Source: Eledone cirrhosa (Eukaryota). Taken from it: a stretch of 64,000 nt of DNA. Positions within the stretch are counted from its first letter, which is position 1. Each line of letters opens with the position of its first letter. The notes beneath the pieces are model-generated. The model made no database searches, was not told the DNA's origin, and saw only the letters and a list, made by a program, of their open reading frames with translations. The stretch spans positions 57,598,001-57,662,000 of the forward strand of contig OZ024741.1 in the NCBI GenBank assembly GCA_964016885.1, given 5' to 3'. This document shows, piece after piece, positions 55,530-64,000 of the stretch. Position numbers and translations under genes: made by a program.

Positions 55530-58500
55530 ATAAAGCCATCCTTGTACATCGTCCCGCTCTTTAGTGTTAGTGGGCGACTGGAACGGGATCTTAGATGCAC
55601 GCTGGGACTGTGTGGGATTAGCAGATAGGGGTGGAGGGTGCAAGAGCCTCACCAACCTGCTCAGGCGTCTTGAACTGTCTGACAGGTACCGATTGGATTT
55701 GCCGAATGTGCCAATGTGGACTTGGACAAACCGCATAGGGTCATCCAGATCATATCTAGATAGAGTATTTTGTAGGGAAATAGATAGGTCTAGCATAGGC
55801 TGTCCACAATTCAAGATAGTCAGCTACACGGACCACAAATTCGTGACCTGTGTGCTTGACTTAGATAGGCTTCATAGACGAGGACCCGGCTACTGGAAGC
55901 TAAACGCGTCCTTACCAGCGCGCAAGGCCTACAGAGACCGGATTAGCGAACTAGTTAAGCGGGCGTTGACGGGGGCCATCGTCAACAACAAGTGGTGGTT
56001 TGCTCTGAAAAGAGCGATTAGAATAGAATCGATTAGGTTTAGTAAGGCTTTAGCAATAGAGAAAAATAGAGCAGAGGGAGAATTAGTTAGAAAATTAGAT
56101 GAGGCGCTTAGCAAAGGCATCGCGACCGACGTACTTGCGGCGAAATTGGCCCTTGACCAATTCTTCAATGCAAAACACGAAGGCTGCGTTGTCAGAGCTA
56201 GGGTGCGTGCTCTCAGACACGAGGGGACGAAAGCCGTTCAATGGGCCCGAGTGGCGGAGGCGCGTCGTGGCAACAAAGCCACGATCCGGTCTTTGGTGGA
56301 CCACGACGGGCGCATGCTACTCGATCCCGGGCAAATGTGTGAAGCTTTTCAGTGACACTTCGCTCAACTGTTCGGGGGCAGTGGCGGGCCGGATCGAGGG
56401 ATGGACTTTAGTGTCTACCTCGACGGACTGCCGCGGCTTTCGGCCACTGAGGCGGAGTGTTGCGAAAAGCCGATAACAACCGCTGAAGTACGGGATGCAA
56501 TGACTAGTTGCACAAGGGGTAAATCGCCTGGTTTGGATGGTCTGCCCTATGAACTTTACGTACAAATGCCAAACTTGTTCGGAGGCCTCTTGGCGGACGT
56601 CTACTGCAACTGGCAACAGAACGGGAGAATTCCCAGCTCTGTGAGCCGAGGAGCGGTGGCGCTGCTGAGAAAGGATCCGAACAAGGGGGATAACATAGAT
56701 AATTTCCGGCCCATAACTCTGCTAAACACAGAGTTCAAGATTTTGGCCAAGGTGCTAAGCAAAGAGGTTGGCGCTTGTCGTTGGTGGTCTGGTGGGAGAG
56801 GCACAGGCATGCGCCATTCCCGACAGATCCATCCACGACAACCTCCACCTCATGCGATACATCGTAGAGAGGGTAGCTAGGAAACCTGGCACGGGTGGGT
56901 CTTTGATCAATTTAGATCAGTCGAAAGCCTTCGATAGGGTCGACCATCGTTACCTAGCGGCAGTCCTGAGGGCGGCTGGCTTTGGGCCCGTCTCCAGAGG
57001 CTGGATCGCTGCCATGCACAGCGACATCTGCTCTGTATTGAGAGTGAACGGTCACCTTTCGGAACCGTTCAACATCATGCGCTCGGTCCGCCAAGGATGT
57101 CCCCTCTCGTCCCTATTGTACGTATTGACTCTCGAGCCATTACTGCACAAACTGGAGACGTTGAGGGGGGTCCCGCGCGAACTAGGATGCGGAAGATCCG
57201 TGTCAGCATATGCCGACGATGTCGCCGTAGTGGTGTCGAACGCCAAACACATCGAGGCGATCGGCACTACACTAAGAGAATACGAAGCGGTGACAGGAGC
57301 AATGATCAACCAGGAAAAGTCAGTGGGCCGCACCTGGAGAGGCAGGTCCATGCCGTCCAACAGCGTCGTCGGGCGCTGGACGGACGGACCGGTTAAATTG
57401 CTAGGGGTCTGGTTCGGTCCAGACCTCCAGACGGACAAAAACTGGGACGAGGTGACGAGCAGGGTGGCTTCTCTCACCCAGAAATGGGCCCAGAGGAAGC
57501 TATCCCTGAAAGGTCGAGCGGAGGTGGCGAATGCGTACATCGCATCCGTCATCTACTACCGCCTGACCGTCGTACCTTGTCCTAAGCCCCGCCTGACTGC
57601 GCTGGAGCGTTTGCTCTTTCGCTTCTTGTGGAAGGGACGCGCTCCGATGGTCAGGCGGTCCATCTGCTGTCAACACCCGCTACGTGGAGGGCTGGGCATG
57701 CCGTGGCTGATGATGCGCAGACACGCGCTCAGGCTACGACATCTCCACCTCTTCCTCGACGGTGATCAGGTGTGGTCGCCGTTTGCAAGACACGTTTTTC
57801 CCCAGCTCGTCTCCTTGACGGAGTTGCAGTCCTGGGTCAAGCGAAGACCGAGAGGGAGCGCTTGGAGACTGGAATGTCTTCAGGCGCTCACAGCCCTCGA
57901 CCAATCGGGCAATGTGATCGGTGGAAACTCCACCTTGGCGTTCTATAGGGGATTAGTGGAGGGGAAGAGCGACGACGTACTTGGAGAAACTCTAGGCGTC
58001 GACGAAAATCAAATAGCCAATCTCTTCGGAAGGACTTTCGGGCCGGGGCCTATGGACAACTTCCAGAAATCCCTGGCCTGGCAGTGCTACCGAGGAGCTT
58101 TGCCAGTTCGGGATAAACTCTACAGGCATGGAGGTGCCGTCAGCCGGGCATGTCCGAGATGCGCGCAGGGCGACGAAACCGTCATGCACGCACTCGTCCA
58201 GTGTCCGAGCATTTCTGACTTGTGGGTTTTTGTCGAACACCTGCTGTCACGTGTAGGACGGATCCAGCTATCAGCTGAGTCCATCGTGAGGATTGCCCCG
58301 CCCCCTTCCTTTAGCCTGGAAGGGCAGGCAGTTTTTATCTGTCTGGTGGCCATGGCGAAAGAGATAGTATGGTGGACACGTTTGAAAGGGCTGAAGACGA
58401 GCACTTACCTCTTCGGTGATGCCCTGATTAACTTTTTCAAATTTCATTTGAAAGGGAAAATCAGGGTAGAGAGGGAAGTGCTCTCTTCCCAGCATTTTGT

Positions 58501-58809
58501 TGAAAGATGGGTGAGAGAAGCAAGTATGGCCCGAATGAATGGGCCTTCTCTGAGTATGTGTCTGTAAATTAAAGGTGGAAAACTGGGAGAGGGCACTTGC
58601 CCTGGTGGTCAGGGCCACTGTGGTCTTTTAATGGGCTTTCTCCACAAATGTCCCTTGGAAGTCTCCCCCCTATTGGGGAATTTTTCTTTGTTATTTTATT
58701 TCAACCTCTGTTTTTTTACACGCAGAAATGCCCATTTGTACCGTCCTGTATTGTCCTGTACTGTCCTTAATGTCTACTTTATGTGAACCCTTGTGGTTAA
58801 TAAAGAAAA

Positions 58810-58810
<1 letters not shown>
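55530..58810 (+). mobile_element. L1/Tx1-clade LINE, 5'-truncated
   Basis: ORF2 plus 3' UTR, AATAAA at ~58799, then (ATT)n. Confidence 0.92.
55564..58567 (+). pseudogene. L1/Tx1 ORF2 (APE-RT-CCHC), stop at 56353, frameshift near 56760
   Basis: VGDWN, SYLDR, TDH; KSPGLDGLP, DQSKAFDRVDH, VRQGCPLS, YADD; CPRC..ETVMHALVQC. Confidence 0.92.
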
Positions 58811-58840
<30 letters not shown>

Positions 58841-58847
58841 GTTATTA

Positions 58848-61800
58848 CTCTTTGAGTCTCAGTCATTGATATTAGTTAACTGGAAAGTTTGTTGAGATGA
58901 ATATCAAGCCACTACCTGCAGCCTCAGATATTCAGGACGTATCGGAGGGTTCTTGCTGTTCCCAGCAAGCATGCCTTTTGAAGCGTTCCAAAAAGCGTGA
59001 AGGGGCCAATTTTCCTTAACCATCCTTGGAAACTTTTTGAGATAGTCCCTAGTGCGCCTATGACAATCGGGATCACTTTGACTTCATGGCAGTTCCAAAT
59101 CCTTTTTACCTCCCACTTTAAGTCCTGGTATGGGTTAATTTTCTCCCTCTCCTTTTCTTGCACTCTCGTGTCGAATGTGCAGGCTACATCTACAATCAGG
59201 CACGATCTTTTTTCTTTGTCCCAAACCACCAGGTCAGGTCTATTGTGTTCCAGTTTCTTGTCCGTCTGTATCCTAAAATCCCACAGCACCTTCACCTGAT
59301 CGTTTGATCGTTTTCTATCACCGCCTCTGGCTTATGCTCATACCACTTCTCAGAATGTGGTAAATTGTTTACTTTGCATAGGTGCCAGTGGATCACCCTG
59401 CCCATCACATCATGTCTCCAGCCCTTATAGTGAGTCTGGGCTAGGTGTTTACACTCGGATACAATGTGAGCCACAGTCTCCTCTCTCTCTCCACAGATCC
59501 TGCACAGTGGGCTAGCCTCCTCCTTGTAAATGTGGTGTTTCAACCACTTCGTTTTGAGGGCCTGCTCCTGTGCAGCCATTAACATTCCTTCTGTAGCCTT
59601 TTTAAGGTCTCCTCTTTTCAACCAGTTCCATGTCTGTGGATCTCTAAATTCAGTTTTCTCAAAGAAGGTACTATGAAGGGATTTTTCCTGAAGGCTGCTC
59701 TTTCTCCTTGATGTTATTTCCTCCTTGGACATCCCCTGGCCTATTGTCCCCTCCTTCAGTACAGCTCTGAGCATTGGCTCCTTACTATCAGTCACGTATT
59801 TGTGTAGGTTGTTTTTCTCCATCTGAACACAGTCCTCTATGCTGATAAGACCTCTTCCACCCTCAGATCTCCTTAAGTAGAGTCTATCGACATCACTCCT
59901 CTTGTGGAACATATTGTAGATAGTCAATAGCTTCCTAGTCTTCCTATCCATTTCTTTTTGTTCAGCAACATTCCATCTCAGAATTCCTGCACTGTACCTA
60001 ATAATAGACACAGCTCGGGAATTTACTGCACTTATGGCATTCCTACTGTTCAGATGTGACTTTAATATGCTCCTTACTCTCCGAAGGTATTCAGTTCTTA
60101 TCAATTCCTTCATTTTTTTGTTCTTGATGTCATCAGCCTCCAGAACGCCCAAATACTTGTATCCTTCTTCAGAGTCAATTTCTTTTATCATCTCACCTGT
60201 TCGTATCTGGATTCCGTTACTTCTGCTCAACTTACCCCTCCTCATCACAATGACTCCACACTTACTAATACCAAATTGCATACATATATCATTGCTGAAA
60301 ATACGGACAGTGTCAACAAGCACATCCAACTCCTTCTCACTCTTCCTGAAGAGCTTAAGATCGTCCATGAAGAGGAGGTGATTGATGGTAAGCCCTCCCT
60401 TTCCCAACCTGTATCCTGCTCTCACTTTTCGCAGTACACTGGTCAGGGGCATCAGGGTAAGGACAAACAACAGAGGGGACAGACTATCTCCCTGGAAGAT
60501 ACCTCTCTTGATCTTCACGCTTCCCAAGGATTCTCCAGTTGATGTTAACTCTGTTTCCCAGAACTTCATACTTTTGCCCAACAACTGCCTGATGTTATCT
60601 GCCACCTTGAAGATCTCCAGGCTTTTGGTGATCCAAGAATGAGGCACCATGTCAAATGCCTTTTTGTAGTCTATCCATCCCATGGAAAGACCAGTGTGTC
60701 TCCTCTTGCAATTCCTCATTACCATCTTATCAATAAGTAACTGGTCCTTTGTACCACGTGACTTCTTTCGGCATCCTTTCTGTTCGTCCGGTAACAAGTT
60801 GTTTGTGTGGAGGTGATGGTAGATTTCCTCAGACATAATGCTTGTCAACAGTTTCCACATTACGGACAGACATGTGATAGGTCTATAGTTGGTAACATCA
60901 TTACCCTTGATTTGGTCTTTCATTATCAAAACTGTGGTACCCTTTGTCAACCACTCTGGTACCTCACCTGACATCAAGCAGTCATTGAACTTGGTTGTCA
61001 GTTTCGGTTGGAGGGATGTTATGTTTTTAATCCAATACCCCTGCACACCATCTGGGCCAGGTGATTTCCAGTTGGTTAGTTTTTTGGCCTGCCCCTTAAG
61101 AATTTCAACTGTGATACTCAAATCAGTTTGTTGGCGTGCCTGTTCACTGATCTCCTCTGTACTGTCTCAATCCACACTGCCTGGTCATTATGTTTAACAT
61201 CCTGCTCCCATATTCCTCTCCAGAATGTTTTAGTTTGTTCCGCCCCAGGGATCAAGTCGTTGCCTCTTTCTTTCCCTTCAAGCTGTCCAAACAGCATCTT
61301 CTGGTTGTTGTCGAACATGCGGTTCTGTCTATACTGGCTGACTCTGTTCTCGTATCGCCTGATTTTTGCACTCTTTGCTACAATGCGTTGCTTCAGTTCC
61401 TCTATGATAATATTTAGCTTTTTCCTCCTAGTTTTGTACTTTATTTCCAGTCTATTTTTAGTGTCTATGTTTTTTAGTCTCCCATTCAGTAGGGACTCAA
61501 GATTTCCAATGTCATTTCTCATTTCCCCGATTTGACCACTCAGTCGTTTCTTCCACCAAGGCTCTGCTCTTTCTTGTCTGTTGTTTCCTCTCGCTTTTAT
61601 ACCAAGTAGTTTCCTCACCGTATTTGCTGTTGCTTTGAGGATATTGTTGCACTGGTGAAGGCTCCTCGCCTCAAGGTATGGGATGACTTTGTTTACCTTA
61701 GCTGTTGTTTCTTTTAACTTTTTCCTGTCTACAAATCTTAGGTTCATAGGTCTCCCACTATCATTGTTCAATTCATCTACCACTAAGTTTAGGATATCTA

Positions 61801-62480
61801 CCAAATCTTGTCCTAGCCCGTCAGCATTCATCTCCTCAGTGGCCGTATCTCTGTTCCAGGTATTATTTATCGCAGCATTCAGATCATTGTCTGTTTCGGG
61901 TGGTTCCTCCGTTCTCTCGACCTCTTCACCTTCATTTCCCACTGGCTCGTTTGCCTGGCATACTCCACCCTCCATCTCCAAGCTAATCTCTCTGCCCAGT
62001 TCCTCCAGTTCCAGCTCGCTTATCCACCCATTAGTTCTTATTACCCGAGCCTGCCCGGCCAGTTTTTGTTCATCTAATTTAAATGGACCAATCTCGTTCC
62101 AGATGTTATGCATCCTTTTCCTATAGGCTTTCTCCTTGGGGTTACTCTTCAGGTAACATTGCATAACAGTTCTATTCAATTCTTTCGTCCAGTTGGTTCT
62201 GGTCCCTTTCCTTCTTCTTCTTCCTCCGACACCAGCAGTATTTGGTTGACAGCCAGGTCCCTGCTGCTGAGCCAGGGAGCACCTGTTGGGTGAGAGTCTG
62301 TCACATGACATTCTAGTCTCCATTTCACCGTTATTCGAACTGTTTAGGTTCGACATTTAAACACTCTTATCGATGATTGGCGAATGTATGGTTACATAAC
62401 CACCGGTGAATTACTTGCCTCCGGTGGTTTCGTCATTCCACGTGACTTTTGTGTGGCATTATCACGCTGTAGACGAACCC
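58848..62480 (-). mobile_element. R4/Dong-clade RLE non-LTR retrotransposon, near full length
   Basis: Single long ORF in three frames, 3' end abutting (TAA)n. The 5' boundary is uncertain (62480 or ~62965). Confidence 0.9.
58924..62356 (-). pseudogene. R4/Dong RT + CCHC + restriction-like endonuclease, frameshifts near 61120 and 59295
   Basis: KSPGPDGVQGYW, WIDYKKAFDMVPH, GIFQGDSLSP, FMDD, YKYLG; CRIC..HIVSEC; RHD; RPDLVV..D..K..YQDL. Confidence 0.92.
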
Positions 62481-63425
62481 AAACAAACAAACAGGCAGAA
62501 AAAACCCCCAAAATGAATAAGCATAAGTTTCATTGTAATGTAGTGTTTGAATGTCTGACTTAGTTTTTCCCTTCCCTTCTCTGTCCGTCCGTTTGTTTTT
62601 CTCTTCATTTTTATTTCCTTTACGTTTTTCGTTGTTGCTGTGCTGCTTTGATTTTGATTTGTTTTTTTTTTGATTTTGACCGGGTCATCAATTCAGTCTA
62701 TTTATATATTTTGATGTTTTCCTCTTTTAGTGGGAATTCTACAATGTAGCAGCGGATAGCGGGAGAGAATAGCGGCGGTAGTGATACTGAGGCAGCGGCG
62801 GCGGGGGTGGTGGCGGTGCTGTGCTAGCAGCAACTAGCAGAAGGTAGTGGGAGGGAATAGCGGCGGTAGCGATAGTGAGGAAGCGGTGGTGGTGATGTGG
62901 TCGTATTACTTTGTTAAAACTAAAACTTGATTTTGATTATTGTTTTTTTTAAATTTTTTTTTTAAAATTATTATTATTATTATTATTATTATTGAATGCC
63001 ATGGTTGACGGAGGCTCGGCTCTGTAAGGTATAGTAATTTTTAACCGTTAAAACAATTGTAAATTGTTTAAAACTTGAACCAAATTGTTGATAAAGACAC
63101 CCTCCTCCTCGTGAGAGGGGTCTTTCTGTCCGTTATTTGGCCCTTCGGGGTTAAATAACCAGTTATTGGGGTTTTGTACCCAAAATTTCATTTTAAACAA
63201 AAAAACAACATGGCTACAAAAAAGAAATTTCATACGTCACTCCCACTCATTCCGTCTTCTTCTTCCTCAATCATCACTACAGCAGAGAGAAGATTGTCTC
63301 TCTCCCTCCCTTCTTTAAATGTGTCTCTCTCCCTCCCTTCTCTTTCGCAAGTGACGAAAGAAAAGAAAAGTCTCGTGCAAAGCGTGCAAGGTTTCTCCAC
63401 GACGACGACGACAGCGACGAAACAG

Positions 63426-64000
63426 ATGTGCGGGAAATACGAAAACCCAGTTCATTCGTCTGACGTCAGGAATAATAGCAGTAGCAGCCGTAATAACAAC
63501 AGCAACAGTGACAATGAAAACAACAGTAGCAGCCGCAACAGCATCAAGAGCAGCATAAACAACAACAGCATTAGTAGCAGCAACACCAACAACAACCACA
63601 GCAACAGCGGCGGAGGCAGTAGTCGTAGTACCTGCAGCAACAACAAAAGTACCAGCAGCTCTGACGACAACAACAACAGCAGAGAAAAACCAATCTCATT
63701 TGCAGGTATTGCGAAAAACTTGGAAACAATCCTCATAACAAATGAGGAATTAGAGGAAGCGAAGAAGATGGTGACAAAGAACGGACACCGAGCAATCTGC
63801 AAGGCAGCGGAAAAATTTTTCGAAACCCAAGAGCACTGTACGGTCACGTACCGTACAGTAAGTACAAAATCCCGTAGGGTGGAAAGAGCCACAGAGGCCC
63901 AAATACAAAAAGCCTTGGGGTCTGTGTGGCAGCGGAAAACGCACATCACCCGAGGCAAAAAATATGCCACCGTAGACGTACTTTTTGCCACACCCCAGGA
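63426..64000 (+). CDS. Open ORF running off the window; possible LINE ORF1 (gag-like) N-terminus
   Basis: ATG at 63426, Ser/Asn-rich stretch, then PISFAGIAKNLETILITNEELEEAKK..ITRGKKYATVDVLFATPQ with no stop. Absent from the ORF track. Confidence 0.5.
   Translation, partial: MCGKYENPVHSSDVRNNSSSSRNNNSNSDNENNSSSRNSIKSSINNNSISSSNTNNNHSNSGGGSSRSTCSNNKSTSSSDDNNNSREKPISFAGIAKNLETILITNEELEEAKKMVTKNGHRAICKAAEKFFETQEHCTVTYRTVSTKSRRVERATEAQIQKALGSVWQRKTHITRGKKYATVDVLFATPQ

Overview
AT-rich eukaryotic (metazoan) repeat-dense DNA. The SINE, RTE and (TA)n content suggests a cephalopod (Octopus-like) genome, which is an inference. No host protein-coding gene could be supported. The window is a nested transposon landscape built on long (TA)n arrays. 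It holds at least four Penelope-like elements (PLEs; RT and/or GIY-YIG remnants), many RTE LINE copies with a PHD-type zinc finger inside the RT region, a near full-length R4/Dong-type RLE element, an L1/Tx1 ORF2, two DD37D (maT) transposons, a non-autonomous Helitron, a TTAA MITE, tRNA-derived SINEs and a 30-bp minisatellite. The most notable hidden signal is non-coding. About ten well-formed type I hammerhead ribozyme (HHR) motifs from at least six families, plus several degenerate ones, sit in PLE termini and in head-to-head fold-back elements with an asymmetric tail. One is a non-coding ~319-bp tandem monomer carrying a full-length, Schistosoma Sm-alpha-like hammerhead with a compensatory U3-A8 core, a retrozyme/circRNA candidate (13901-14737). 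Another family has a U4C core in all four copies. All ribozyme calls are by-eye folding and need computational and biochemical confirmation. Boundaries of degenerate elements are approximate.
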